A stretch of DNA of 64,000 bases. It comes from an uncultured Clostridia bacterium. Its GTDB lineage: Bacteria > Bacillota > Clostridia > Christensenellales > UBA1242. Positions 51,246 through 61,658 of this stretch are shown here, piece by piece. A model generated the notes under the pieces. It saw only the letters and a program-made list of their open reading frames with translations. It ran no database searches and was not told the DNA's origin. The DNA lies in assembly GCA_947625515.1 (NCBI GenBank), contig CANQOO010000003.1, positions 35,240 to 99,239 of the forward strand, read 5' to 3'. The position numbers and the translations under genes are program-made. Every line of letters starts with the position of its first letter. The first letter of the stretch is position 1.

Positions 51246-52513
51246 TGCCAGGTTGTTTTCGCAAGCGGGAGTCCTCCAAAAAGAAGAGCCTTTGGAGGCG
51301 AGTTTGCCCGATTGTTGTCATATTTTTCATCTTTCTGTCCTGTTTTTACGGCAGATTTGACATCACCCAGGGTTTTGTGCCAAATGTTGCCTACGCTGAC
51401 AGCGGGCAGATGCAGGATTTGGAGCAAGAACTGGAAGATGAAGTGCAAAATCAAATTTCCAATCTCGATTTTTCGGACGTTGAGGCGGTGATTGAAAAAC
51501 TTTCCACTTCGGCGAAAAAACTTTTTGACTCCGGCTCGTTTGGGGCGAAACTTGAAAGTGTCATTTCGGGCGAATATGCCGAAAATTCCACTTCATTTTT
51601 TTCGGCAGTGATGTCCATTTTTGTGGAAGGATTTAAATCCTTTTTGCCAATCATCGCCAGCATAATTTCCATTGCCATTCTTGGTGGCATGGTGTCAAAT
51701 TTAAAGCCCGCCACAAACGGAAAGTCAATCGGAAACATCGTCCATTTTGTCACATATGGAGTGGTGATTATTTTCCTTGGGGCAACGCTGGTGCAACTGA
51801 TTGGTGTCACCACCTCAACACTGACAAATGTCAAGTCTATGTTTGACGCCATCTTTCCCATTCTTCTCACACTTCTCACGGCGGTGGGCGGCTCCGTTTC
51901 GGTGGGCATCTATCAGCCCGCGATTGCACTTTTGTCAAACGTTTTTATTCTTCTCATCACCTATGTTCTGCTGCCGCTTTTCATCTTCTCAATCGTCTTT
52001 TCCATTGTTGGGAATCTCTCAAACAATGTCCGCCTAGACAAATTTGTTGCTTTTCTTCAATCTGCTTTCAAGTGGACAATCGGGCTGTGTTTCACCATTT
52101 TTCTGGGCTTTGTTTCCATTCAGGGCGTGATGGCAGGGGCGGTGGATGGGCTTTCCATTCGCACGGCAAAATATGCCATCAAAAGTTATGTCCCGATTGT
52201 GGGCGGATATGTGTCTGACGGGCTTTCCATTGTCATGGCAAGCAGCATGCTCATCAAAAACGCTGTGGGCGGAGTGGGGCTGTTCCTGTTGCTTGTCACC
52301 ATTCTTTCGCCGGTGATTAACCTTGTGCTTTTCATGCTCTCGCTCAAATTTATGGCAGGCATAATCGAGCCAATCGGCGACCACAAAATCGCCAATTTTG
52401 TGGGGGACATCTCAAAAAGCATGAGCCTTTTGGTGGCACTTCTTGTTGCGGTGGCGTTTATGTATCTTGTGCTGACCGGGCTGATTATGTGTTCCGCAAA
52501 TTTGGTGATTTAA
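51242..52513 (+). CDS. spoIIIAE: Stage III sporulation protein AE
   Basis: Multi-TM; DGLSIRTAKY..VPIVGG..LIKNAVG. Confidence 0.92.
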   Translation: MMPGCFRKRESSKKKSLWRRVCPIVVIFFIFLSCFYGRFDITQGFVPNVAYADSGQMQDLEQELEDEVQNQISNLDFSDVEAVIEKLSTSAKKLFDSGSFGAKLESVISGEYAENSTSFFSAVMSIFVEGFKSFLPIIASIISIAILGGMVSNLKPATNGKSIGNIVHFVTYGVVIIFLGATLVQLIGVTTSTLTNVKSMFDAIFPILLTLLTAVGGSVSVGIYQPAIALLSNVFILLITYVLLPLFIFSIVFSIVGNLSNNVRLDKFVAFLQSAFKWTIGLCFTIFLGFVSIQGVMAGAVDGLSIRTAKYAIKSYVPIVGGYVSDGLSIVMASSMLIKNAVGGVGLFLLLVTILSPVINLVLFMLSLKFMAGIIEPIGDHKIANFVGDISKSMSLLVALLVAVAFMYLVLTGLIMCSANLVI

Positions 52514-52680
52514 CTTCCCGCAATCTTAATGAAGTTTCACGATAAAGTTTTTATGAAGTTAACGATAAAGTTTTTGAAATTTGCCAAGCGTCGTGAAACA
52601 GTTTGGAAAATTTGCCAGCGGAAAATTTTTGAGAATTTAAGCGGCGGAAAAAGTGTGAAAGCATTAAAAGGAGGGGGAAG

Positions 52681-53178
52681 ATGTCTGGAATTTCTGCATG
52701 GCTTTTGTCGATTGCCTGCGTGGTGATTTTAAGCGTGCTTGCCGAGTTTGTTTTGCCTGAGGGGCAGATTAACAAATACACAAAAGTCATCTTTTCGTTT
52801 GTCATCCTGCTGGTGATAATCATGCCGCTTCCTTCCCTTTTTGGCAAAGAGTTTAAGTTTGAAAACTTCCTTGGCACGGGCGACGCGTCCATTCAGGAAA
52901 ATTATTTATATCAGCTGAACATCAACAAAATTTCCGCCGTGACGGAGGACATTTCCGAGCAGATTGAAAAGGTGGGCATCCGAGGTGTGAAAATTTCCAT
53001 CAACGCCGATGTGCTGACCGACAAAATGGAAATTTTTGCCGTGCAGGTGGATGTGCGGGAAATTGAATATGCCGAAAATTGCGAGAGTAAAGATATTGTG
53101 AAGGCGAAAATGAAAATCTGCGACATAATCTCTGGCTTCGACCTTCTTAAAACAACGCCGGTGCATTTTAAAGAATGA
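52681..53178 (+). CDS. spoIIIAF: Stage III sporulation protein AF
   Basis: WLLSI..LPEGQINKYTK..IIMP; operon position. Confidence 0.85.
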   Translation: MSGISAWLLSIACVVILSVLAEFVLPEGQINKYTKVIFSFVILLVIIMPLPSLFGKEFKFENFLGTGDASIQENYLYQLNINKISAVTEDISEQIEKVGIRGVKISINADVLTDKMEIFAVQVDVREIEYAENCESKDIVKAKMKICDIISGFDLLKTTPVHFKE

Positions 53179-53339
53179 ACAGCAGCGGATGAAAAATTGA
53201 ACATTAAATGAAATGGGGCAAATTTTAACAAAAATTTGTGATGTGAAAATTATGAAGAAGAATTGTTGTAAAAAAACTCAAAAAAATTATAAAAAGATTG
53301 ATAAATTTGTGAAGAAAATTGTCGAAAAGGGGGTTTGAA

Positions 53340-53852
53340 ATGTCCAAAATTAAAGAGATGTGGCAAAAACTAAGAAAAATCAAGCACATCCACATCATTG
53401 TGGCGATGGTTGCGGCACTACTGCTCTGCGTCATCTATTTTTCTTTTCTTTCTTCGCCAAAAACTGACAAAAAAGAGGAGAATACGAGTGTCACTTTTTC
53501 CTCTTCGGAAGAATATGTAGGCTGGCTGGAAAATAAACTTAATAATGTCTTGTCCCAAATTTCTGGTGCGGGCAAGGTGAGCACAATCGTCACTTTGGAG
53601 AGCGGCTTCACCTATGACTACGCCAAAGAGGTTGAGACGCGTTCCAGCACTGCCGGGGATGTGGTCATCACGTCCGAAACTGTCATCTTAGTGAATGGCG
53701 AGCCGGTGGTGGTGAAAGAGTGGTTCCCGGTGATTCGGGGCGTAGTGATTGTTTCCAGCGGGGCGAACGATTTTGGGGTGAAGATGAAAATGCTGGATGC
53801 GGTCATGACTGTGCTGGAAATTGAGCAGGAGAGCATCACCATTCTTTCGTGA
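53340..53852 (+). CDS. spoIIIAG: Stage III sporulation protein AG
   Basis: LENKLNNVLSQISGAGKV and PVIRGVVIVSSGA. Confidence 0.88.
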   Translation: MSKIKEMWQKLRKIKHIHIIVAMVAALLLCVIYFSFLSSPKTDKKEENTSVTFSSSEEYVGWLENKLNNVLSQISGAGKVSTIVTLESGFTYDYAKEVETRSSTAGDVVITSETVILVNGEPVVVKEWFPVIRGVVIVSSGANDFGVKMKMLDAVMTVLEIEQESITILS

Positions 53853-53870
53853 CAAAACATATGAAAAAGC

Positions 53871-53945
53871 GGCACAACTCACTTCTTGCGTAGCGAACTA
53901 TGGCAAGTGTGGCACAACTCACTTTTTTTCGCATCGAAATGGCAA
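53871..53945. repeat. ~40-bp tandem duplication between spoIIIAG and AH
   Basis: GGCACAACTCACTT at 53871 and 53911, each followed by ATGGCAA. Confidence 0.7.
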
Positions 53946-54085
53946 ATGCAGGCAGGGAGGCCGCAGAACAGAACGCGATGAAAAAGCGGGATGTTTCAAA
54001 GTTTCACTTTTTAAGAACGCAAAAAGAAGTGGCAAAAAATTCCACTCACGCACACTTTTCGACAAAATTCATTTGGCAAAACACT

Positions 54086-54113
54086 TCTATACATTCAAAA
54101 GTTGACATAGTTT
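54086..54113 (+). promoter_or_regulatory. Candidate sigma-E promoter upstream of spoIIIAH
   Basis: TCTATA-14 nt-CATAGTTT matches the sigma-E ATA-N14-CATAnnnT pattern. Confidence 0.4.
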
Positions 54114-54428
54114 AATCTGGACAAGCACATAAGAAGTGACGCGAAAAAAAGCGAGCAGCTCCAAAGAAAAAATCGAAAAAATTGCTTAGAAATTTGCTCC
54201 GCAGGATAAAGAGCGAAACAATTTACTCTAATCAGACCAAATTCAAAGCGAACAAGAGAAACTAAGGATGGAAAAACTTCTTCGCATAAGAAGTGCAATA
54301 CGGAAATGAAGAACTTCTTCTCAAAAGAGATGGAAGAAAGGTAAGAGACACCTCTTCGCAAACAAAAACACAAGACGATGGCAGAAGTTTGTCAAAAATT
54401 TTGGCGGGATGCCGCAAAGGAGTAAACC

Positions 54429-54896
54429 ATGAAAAAAAGAACAAAAATCATCATTCTCACACTTATGATTGTGCTGCTTGGCGTGACGGGCTATCTTAAC
54501 ATTGCACTCAACAACAACATTCAGCAAACAAACACCACTGTGACAGCCGGAACATATTTCTCCACCTATCGCACCAGCCGCGAAAGCACTCGCAACCAGC
54601 AAAAACTTTATTATGACAGCATCATTGAAAGCGGCGACCCAAACGATGCAGCTGTTGTCAACGCCATTCAGGCTCGTCAAGAGTTGATTGAACGCATGGA
54701 CAAAGAAGTGACCTGCGAAGGGCTGATTAAACTGCTTGGATTTTCTGACTGCGTCATCGCACTTTCGGACAACAAGGTGAACGTTGTTGTACAGGCGGAG
54801 GATTTGACCGACCTTGAAGTTGCAAACATCTGCTCCACCGTGATTGACCAACTTGGCGTGCAACTGAGAAATATTGTCATAATTTATGCCGACTAA
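54429..54896 (+). CDS. spoIIIAH: Stage III sporulation protein AH
   Basis: N-terminal TM ending GYLN; YFSTYRTSRESTR; EGLIKLLGFSDCV..VNVVV. Confidence 0.88.
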   Translation: MKKRTKIIILTLMIVLLGVTGYLNIALNNNIQQTNTTVTAGTYFSTYRTSRESTRNQQKLYYDSIIESGDPNDAAVVNAIQARQELIERMDKEVTCEGLIKLLGFSDCVIALSDNKVNVVVQAEDLTDLEVANICSTVIDQLGVQLRNIVIIYAD

Positions 54897-55122
54897 GTTT
54901 TCGCATATTTTATGCCACTCAGTTTGCAATAATAATGCGATGAAAATGTGCTGATGAATTTCAACTTAATGCCGAATCATATTTATTAAGATTAGTTTGT
55001 GAATTTGTGCCGATTAATTTGCAAAATGTGTTTTGAATGTGCTAAAATGAAATTGCTTATGAAAAGTTTTGGCAATTTCCCGCAAAAATTGGGAGCCGAA
55101 ACCAAAGCACAAGGAGAAATTT

Positions 55123-55488
55123 ATGGCAGTAAAAAATCAAGAGGGAAGCGGAAAAATCACGCTGGACAGAAAGATTCTGACGTCAATCATCAACTTGGCT
55201 GCAAAAGAGATAAACGGCGTGCAAAGCGTGACAAACACCGAGCGTCCTTGGTGGAAAAAACTTGTCAGCAGATATGATGACGGCGTGGAAATTAAATTTG
55301 AAAAAAACGGAGCCTTGACGGTGGATGTGTATATCAACATCCTTGCGGGGTTCAGCGTGCCAGACATTGCTTATCGCGTGCAAGAAAATGTGCGAAATTC
55401 GCTTGCCACAATGGTGGCACTCAAACCTTTGAAAATCAACATTCACGTCATCAATGTGGACTGCGACAGCGAGGTTGAGAATGCGTAA
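55123..55488 (+). CDS. Asp23/Gls24 family protein
   Basis: GKITLD..AAKEINGV and VPDIAYRVQENV..INIHV; upstream of nusB. Confidence 0.88.
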   Translation: MAVKNQEGSGKITLDRKILTSIINLAAKEINGVQSVTNTERPWWKKLVSRYDDGVEIKFEKNGALTVDVYINILAGFSVPDIAYRVQENVRNSLATMVALKPLKINIHVINVDCDSEVENA

Positions 55489-55861
55489 TACTGCAAGAGA
55501 AAACGCTTTCAAACTTGTTTTTGAAAGCTTGTTTCATCAGCCGGACCCACTGCTTTCCAGTGAGAATCTGCAGGAACTCAAAAAAGAGGACGACCAGAAG
55601 TTTTTTGATGACATAATGGCGGCATTTGAACAGCACAAGGCGTTGCTGCAAGAAAAAATTGAGGCAAACCTGAAAAACTTTTCATATGACCGACTTTTCA
55701 AAATCGACCTCGCGATTGTGTATGTTGCACTTTCTGAAATTCTTTACTGCGGCACGCCGGAAGCGGTTGCCATCAACGAGGCGTTGGAACTTGCAAAAAA
55801 ATACAGCACTCCAAAGTCGCACAAGTTTATCAACGGGCTTATTTCGGCAATAATCAAATGA
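55481..55861 (+). CDS. nusB: Transcription antitermination factor NusB
   Basis: ARENAFK, IDLAI, VAINEALELAKKY, FINGLI. Confidence 0.93.
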   Translation: MRNTARENAFKLVFESLFHQPDPLLSSENLQELKKEDDQKFFDDIMAAFEQHKALLQEKIEANLKNFSYDRLFKIDLAIVYVALSEILYCGTPEAVAINEALELAKKYSTPKSHKFINGLISAIIK

Positions 55862-55862
55862 T

Positions 55863-57038
55863 ATGAACACCATCACGGTCACAAAATTTAACAACTATGT
55901 CAAAAACATATTCAATGCGGAAGAACTTCTCCACAACATCAACATTGTTGGAGAAGTTTTTGGCGTTTCATTCAGTAAATCTGCCACATATTTTTCCATA
56001 AAAGACGAAGAAAGCTCTCTGCCGTGCGTCTGCTTTTATGCAGAACTTTCTGGGCAGTTTCAAGAGGGTGAGCAGGTTGTGGTGACCGGCTCGCCAAATT
56101 TTTATACAAAATCTGGCCGCTTCAATTTTGTGGTGTCAAAGGTGGAAAAGGCTGGGCAGGGTCTTTTGTTTCAAAAGTTTGTGGAACTGAAAGAAAAACT
56201 CTCACGCGAAGGACTTTTTGACGAGGCCCACAAAAAAAAGATGCCCGAAAGCATAAAACGCATTGGCGTTGTCACATCCAAAGAGGGGGCGGTGATTCAG
56301 GACATCAAAAATGTCACATGGCGAAGAAATCCGTCCATCGACATCGTGCTTTATGACACAAAAGTGCAAGGCAATGGGGCGGAATTTGAAATTGCGGACG
56401 GCATCAGATTTTTCTCCGAATATGACGGCGTTGACGCGGTGATTGTGGCACGCGGCGGCGGCAGTTTGGACGATTTGTGGGCATACAACACCGAAACGGT
56501 GGCTCGGGCAGCATATGAATGCAAAAAGCCGCTTGTTTCTGCGGTGGGACATGAGGTTGATTTCACCATTATCGATTTTGTCTGTGACCTTCGGGCTCCG
56601 ACGCCAAGTGCTGCGGCAGAGCTTCTCACAAAAGACACCAAAAATTTGGGTGCGGCATTAAAGCGTGAGGCAAGCCGACTTTCGCGACTGTTGGAAGGCT
56701 ACCTTGCGGACAAAACAATGCTGTTCAGCGGGACGAAAAACATCCTTATTTCCCAAATGGACGACATTGTGCAGCAGCGGCGGCTTAGGCTGCACAAACT
56801 TGCACAGCAGGCGTCTGTCAAACTGGAATCTCTGCTTGTGCAAAGTGATTATGCTCTCAAATTGAAATTAGCGACGCTCAACAAACTCAATCCGCTTGAC
56901 ATCTTGGCACTGGGATATGCTAAAATAGAGCAGCAGGGCAGGAACGTTGGCAGGCTGAAAGAACTTGACCTAAACAAACCGATTGAAATCAATTTTGTGG
57001 ATGGGCAAATTGCCATCCCAACAGGAGAGAAGAGATGA
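55863..57038 (+). CDS. xseA: Exodeoxyribonuclease VII large subunit
   Basis: ARGGGSLDDLWAYN, SAVGHEVD, RAPTPSAAAE. Confidence 0.96.
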   Translation: MNTITVTKFNNYVKNIFNAEELLHNINIVGEVFGVSFSKSATYFSIKDEESSLPCVCFYAELSGQFQEGEQVVVTGSPNFYTKSGRFNFVVSKVEKAGQGLLFQKFVELKEKLSREGLFDEAHKKKMPESIKRIGVVTSKEGAVIQDIKNVTWRRNPSIDIVLYDTKVQGNGAEFEIADGIRFFSEYDGVDAVIVARGGGSLDDLWAYNTETVARAAYECKKPLVSAVGHEVDFTIIDFVCDLRAPTPSAAAELLTKDTKNLGAALKREASRLSRLLEGYLADKTMLFSGTKNILISQMDDIVQQRRLRLHKLAQQASVKLESLLVQSDYALKLKLATLNKLNPLDILALGYAKIEQQGRNVGRLKELDLNKPIEINFVDGQIAIPTGEKR

Positions 57039-57250
57039 ATGAAAATTTGACATATGAAGATGCCATCAAAGAAATGGAAGAAATCATTCAGAAGTTGGAA
57101 TCTGAAAACCTGCCTTTAAGGCATGCCCAAGAACTTTTTGAACGGGCAGCAGTGCTGGCGAAATTTTCGCAAGAAGAACTGGCAAAAACTTCTGGAAAGC
57201 TGTTTGAAATCAAAAAAACTCTTGACGGCGTCTCGGAAGAAGAAGTTTAA
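57035..57250 (+). CDS. xseB: Exodeoxyribonuclease VII small subunit
   Basis: TYEDAIKEMEEIIQKLE; follows xseA. Confidence 0.88.
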   Translation: MNENLTYEDAIKEMEEIIQKLESENLPLRHAQELFERAAVLAKFSQEELAKTSGKLFEIKKTLDGVSEEEV

Positions 57251-57264
57251 AAACGGAGAAGAAA

Positions 57265-58986
57265 ATGAGAATATCTAAACTTGTTGGAGAAAGAATTAAA
57301 GAAGTCCCAAACGGAGCGACACTGAAAAGCCACATCCTGCTTTTGCGTGCGGGATACATAAAGCAGGTCAGCACAGGCACATTCACATTGATGCCACCTG
57401 CGATGCGGGTCAATCAAAAAATTCAAAACATCATCCGCGAGGAGATGGATGCTCTTGGCGGGCAAGAGGTGCTTTTCCCTGTGGTTATGCCACGTGAGCT
57501 TTGGGAAATGAGCGGAAGATATTCCTCCATCAAGGAGGAGATGGTCAGGCTGAAAGACCGCACGGGGCATGACATGGTGCTGGGCATGACACACGAGGAG
57601 GCCGCTGTGCATATGGCACTTAACACCGTGAAAAGTTATGACCAACTGCCGTTTATGGTGTATCAAATTCAGACAAAATATCGCGACGAGGCACGTCCTC
57701 GCGGCGGCCTTATCCGTGCACGCGAGTTCACAATGAAGGACGCCTATTCTTTCCACGCCACGCAGGAGGACTTGGAAAATTATTATAAAAAGGTGTATGA
57801 AGCATATTTTCGCATATTCAAGCGGATTGGCTTCAAAAAATTTACGGCTGTGAAAAGTGACACCGGCATGATGGGCGGCAAGGTTGCGGACGAATTTATG
57901 GCAGTGACGGACGTCGGCGAAGATAGACTTGTCATCTGCCCACACTGCGGCTATGCCAGCAACATGGAGGTGGCAGTTTCCGTAAAAGACGAAAATGACC
58001 ACACCGTTTCGGGGGAAATGGAAGAAGTTTTCACCGGAAACGCTCACACCATTGAGGAAGTTTGTGCGTTTCTGGAAGTTGACGCCAAGCACACGGCGAA
58101 GGCGGTTTGCTATCAAACATCCGACCATCGTCTTGTGGTGGTTTTCCTGCGAGGGGATTGCGACGTGAACGAAGTGAAGCTGCAAAAAATTGCAAAAAGC
58201 GAACTTCTGCCAGTTGAGGTGGAAGAATTTGGGCTTTGTGCAGGCAACATTGGCTGCGTGAACTTGCATGTGCCAGCGGAAAGCGTGGTTGTGTATGACG
58301 CCACACTGCAAGGGCTGGAAAACTTTGTGACGGGTGCCAACAAAAAGGATTTTCACCTCAAAAACGTCAGTGCCTCGCGTGACTTAAATGGCGTGGAATT
58401 TGTGGACGTTTCGCTTGTCAAAGAGAGCGAAAAGTGTGTCAAGTGCGGCCATGAATTGACGCTGACTCGCGGCATTGAAATTGGCAACATCTTCCAACTT
58501 GGCACCAAATACACCGCGAGCATGGGCATGAAGGTGACTATGCCGGACGGAACAGCAAAAGAGCCAGTCATGGGCTGCTATGGCATCGGCGTGGGACGCA
58601 GCCTTGCCAGCATAATTGAGGAAAAGGCGGACGACAAAGGGCTTGTTTGGCCAATGACAATCGCACCTTGGCACGTCCATCTTTGCCCGCTTCGCATGGA
58701 TGACGAAAATGTCAGTGCTCTTGCCGAAGAACTTTATCGCAACATGCAAAGTGCGGGCATCGAGGTGCTGTATGATGACCGCAACGTGTCCGCGGGTGTG
58801 AAGTTGACCGACAGCGAACTGATGGGCTTGCCAATCCGCGTGCTTATCAGCCCAAAAACCATTGCCAACTCTCAGGCTGAGGTGACGATGCGTGAAAGTG
58901 GCGAAAAACTTTTCATCAATTTCGGCGACCTTATCTCCGAACTTCGAGAGATGATTCGCGGTGAAATTGAAGAGATTGAAAAGTAA
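57265..58986 (+). CDS. proS: Proline--tRNA ligase (with insertion domain)
   Basis: LGMTHEE, YRDEARPRGGLIRAREFTMKDAYSF, GIEIGNIFQLGTKY, MGCYGIGVGR. Confidence 0.97.
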   Translation: MRISKLVGERIKEVPNGATLKSHILLLRAGYIKQVSTGTFTLMPPAMRVNQKIQNIIREEMDALGGQEVLFPVVMPRELWEMSGRYSSIKEEMVRLKDRTGHDMVLGMTHEEAAVHMALNTVKSYDQLPFMVYQIQTKYRDEARPRGGLIRAREFTMKDAYSFHATQEDLENYYKKVYEAYFRIFKRIGFKKFTAVKSDTGMMGGKVADEFMAVTDVGEDRLVICPHCGYASNMEVAVSVKDENDHTVSGEMEEVFTGNAHTIEEVCAFLEVDAKHTAKAVCYQTSDHRLVVVFLRGDCDVNEVKLQKIAKSELLPVEVEEFGLCAGNIGCVNLHVPAESVVVYDATLQGLENFVTGANKKDFHLKNVSASRDLNGVEFVDVSLVKESEKCVKCGHELTLTRGIEIGNIFQLGTKYTASMGMKVTMPDGTAKEPVMGCYGIGVGRSLASIIEEKADDKGLVWPMTIAPWHVHLCPLRMDDENVSALAEELYRNMQSAGIEVLYDDRNVSAGVKLTDSELMGLPIRVLISPKTIANSQAEVTMRESGEKLFINFGDLISELREMIRGEIEEIEK

Positions 58987-59166
58987 AACTGTGTTGAAAA
59001 AGACTGCTTGAAATAAAAACTTCTTAAAATTATATGAAAAAATACAAAGCTTATCACTCAAACGAGGCGACAAGACCTTATTAAGAAGTTGAAAAATTAA
59101 ACACGCGTATTTTACGAAAATGCACTCTAAATTGGAATAGAAAAACAATAATCACTTCACAAATCT

Positions 59167-59230
59167 TGCATACTACACTATAAGTGGTGTAGTATGCTGC
59201 ATAATAGGCACAATATATGGGATTTTATGT
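59167..59230. repeat. Dispersed palindromic element copy 6
   Basis: GCATACTACAC-TATAAGTG-GTGTAGTATGC (perfect 11-bp arms) then TGCATAATAGGCACAATATATGGGAT; boxes 33 bp apart. Confidence 0.85.
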
Positions 59231-59433
59231 GATTGTGTTTTTTTTGTTTTGTTTCATTTTTGTATCGTTTTTTTGTTTCATTGAAATGTGGTTTGATAAG
59301 TTAAAGATAAAAATTTCTCACACAAATTTTTATTAAACTGCTTCTTTGTTTCATTTATCAAATTAATTTTGGTCTAGCGGAATTTGTCTTATTAATATGT
59401 CCTATTTTTTGTGATGGAAAAATATAATATGAT

Positions 59434-60078
59434 ATGAAAATTCGAAATTTAAACTGGGCGGTGCGGACTTTTGTGCTTTCAATCTTTTTGTCCATTTTTT
59501 TCAGTGTCGTATCGCAAAGTTTGTTTCCAACTCTGCCGGCGTTTCTTTCGCTTTTTGTCATCATTTTTTTTATGGTTTTTGCCTCAATTTTCGACATGAT
59601 TGGCGTGGCTGTCACAAGCACGTCGCTTGAAAATTTGGAAAAATATTCTTCCTCCAAGGGCTTTGCCACGGCAAAAAAGCTCTGTCAAAGTCGGGAAAAA
59701 GTCTCTTCGTTCTGCGGGGACGTTGTGGGGGACATCTGCGGCATCCTCAGCGGTGCTGGGGGTGTGAGTTTGGTGCTTGCCATGCACATTCAAGAGGCGG
59801 GGCTATATTTTCTCGCCACCTGTTTTGTCAGTTCTCTGATTGCGGGCCTGACAATTTTTGACAAGGCGGTGCTGAAAGGCTACGCGGTGGAAAACTGCGA
59901 GAAAGTTGTGCTTGCCACTGGAAAAGTGATTGAGTTTTCGTTTGCAGATTTTGTTAAATCGCTTATAAAAAATAGGAAAAAGAAAAAGCAGGATAAGAAT
60001 AATACAGCGAAATCTGCCCACAACAAAAAAGTTTTGAAGAAAGAATCTGACCTTAATAATCGCACAAAAAATGTGTGA
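59434..60078 (+). CDS. Hypothetical membrane protein
   Basis: Four hydrophobic segments; FDMIGVAVT and VSSFCGDVVGDICGILSG. Confidence 0.75.
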   Translation: MKIRNLNWAVRTFVLSIFLSIFFSVVSQSLFPTLPAFLSLFVIIFFMVFASIFDMIGVAVTSTSLENLEKYSSSKGFATAKKLCQSREKVSSFCGDVVGDICGILSGAGGVSLVLAMHIQEAGLYFLATCFVSSLIAGLTIFDKAVLKGYAVENCEKVVLATGKVIEFSFADFVKSLIKNRKKKKQDKNNTAKSAHNKKVLKKESDLNNRTKNV

Positions 60079-60133
60079 GGTATTTAAAATTTCCCTTTTT
60101 TTTAAAAAAATTTGAAAAAAAGTGGGAAAACAG

Positions 60134-60303
60134 TTGACATGCAATGTTTTTTGTGATAAGATATTGCACGTAAGAAAGCAGAAGATTCCCTTCTCACCCA
60201 TCGAATTTTGTTTTGATGTGGTCACACAAATTGAATGTAAAACTTTTGCCTGAGTGTTTTCACAATGGCAAGCAAATTTAATTTGATTTCGGGGAATTCT
60301 GCA
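60134..60303 (+). promoter_or_regulatory. infC operon promoter and L20-leader RNA
   Basis: TTGACA-17-TAAGAT with extended-10 TG; AAGCAGAAGATTCCCTTCTCACC ... GGGGAATTCTGC leader pattern. Confidence 0.7.
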
Positions 60304-60337
60304 ATTTTGCAGAATTTTTTTAAAGGAGATTACGACA

Positions 60338-60850
60338 ATTTTTAAAGAACTTCAAATCAACAACCAAATTTATGCAAAAGAAGTGCGTCTTATTGGTGAG
60401 GATGGCGAGCAACTTGGCGTGCTTTCACGGGCAGAGGCACAAGCAAAAGCCGACCAGGCTGGTCTGGACCTTGTGTTGATGTCGCCACAAGCAAATCCGC
60501 CGGTGTGCAAACTTATGGACTATGGAAAATATAAGTTTGACGCCATCAAAAAAGAGAAAGAACTTCGCAAAAATCAAAAAATCAGCGAAATTAAAGAGAT
60601 TCAACTTTCCATGAGAATTGATGAATATCACGTCAATTTCAAACTGAAAAGTGCTCAGAAAATTTTGCAAGACGGCGACAAGGTGAAAGTTTCGCTTCGC
60701 ATGCGTGGACGTGAACAAGCCTATGTCAAAAATGCGGTTGAAGATGTCAAGAAGTTTGTGGCACAACTTTCCGAGTTTGGCACGGTGGACAAAGAGCCAG
60801 CCGTAATGGGGAAGAATGTGTCTGTTGTAATCAGTCCGAAAAAAGCGTAA
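60338..60850 (+). CDS. infC: Translation initiation factor IF-3 (ATT start)
   Basis: In-frame ATT 9 nt after AAGGAG; VRLIGEDGEQLG, PPVCKLMDYGKYKF, GDKVKV. Confidence 0.96.
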   Translation: MFKELQINNQIYAKEVRLIGEDGEQLGVLSRAEAQAKADQAGLDLVLMSPQANPPVCKLMDYGKYKFDAIKKEKELRKNQKISEIKEIQLSMRIDEYHVNFKLKSAQKILQDGDKVKVSLRMRGREQAYVKNAVEDVKKFVAQLSEFGTVDKEPAVMGKNVSVVISPKKA

Positions 60851-60865
60851 AAGGAGAAAAAGAAA

Positions 60866-61060
60866 ATGCCTAAACAAAAAACACACAGCGGCGTAAAGAA
60901 AAGATTTTCACTCACCGCAACAGGGAAAGTCAAGTATGCAAGACCAGGCAAGGGTCATTTCTTGACAGCCAAAAACAAAAGTCGTAAAAGAAAGCTTCGC
61001 AAGGGCTCTTACATCAATGGGAAGAACACCCAAAACATCAAGACCTTGCTTGCAAAGTAA
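60866..61060 (+). CDS. rpmI: 50S ribosomal protein L35
   Basis: MPKQKTHSGVKKRF. Confidence 0.96.
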   Translation: MPKQKTHSGVKKRFSLTATGKVKYARPGKGHFLTAKNKSRKRKLRKGSYINGKNTQNIKTLLAK

Positions 61061-61079
61061 GTGAATAGGAGAGTGCAAC

Positions 61080-61427
61080 ATGAGAATTAAAAGAGGCGTA
61101 AACGCAGTTAAAAAACGCAGAAAAATTTTAAAGCAAGCCAAAGGATACTTTGGTGCAAAGAGCAAACTCTATCGCACCGCACGCGAACAGGTGATGAAGA
61201 GTGGGCAATATGCTTACATCGGCAGAAAACAAAAGAAAAGAAACTTCCGTGCACTTTGGATCACCCGCATCAATGCAGGTTGCCACGCCAACGACATTTC
61301 TTATTCACGTTTCATCAGCGGCTTGAAAAAAGCAAATGTCAACCTCAACCGCAAAGTTTTGGCTGATATGGCTGTTCGTGAGCCAGCAGCGTTTGCAGAG
61401 CTTGTTGCAGTTGCAAAAAAGGCATAA
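61080..61427 (+). CDS. rplT: 50S ribosomal protein L20
   Basis: [27 protein letters not shown]. Confidence 0.97.
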   Translation: MRIKRGVNAVKKRRKILKQAKGYFGAKSKLYRTAREQVMKSGQYAYIGRKQKKRNFRALWITRINAGCHANDISYSRFISGLKKANVNLNRKVLADMAVREPAAFAELVAVAKKA

Positions 61428-61658
61428 CTTTTGCCTATGGCTTCGGGGGAAATTTTTCTCAAAAGATTTCTATGATTTTCTATACAAGAAGTTCTTTCAT
61501 AGATTATTCAAAACATTTTCCCGTCACAACTTTGCCTGATGCGTTGATATTTGTCAGCGTCACTTTGCAAAAAAACGTCATGTTTCAAAATTATGACAGG
61601 CTGCGAAAAGCTTTTGCATAGATTATGATTGGCTCATGCATACATGAGGAGTAGAATT

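Noticed and set aside
60338-60340. Non-canonical ATT start of infC
   Set aside because: Real but well known (IF-3 autoregulation), so not novel.
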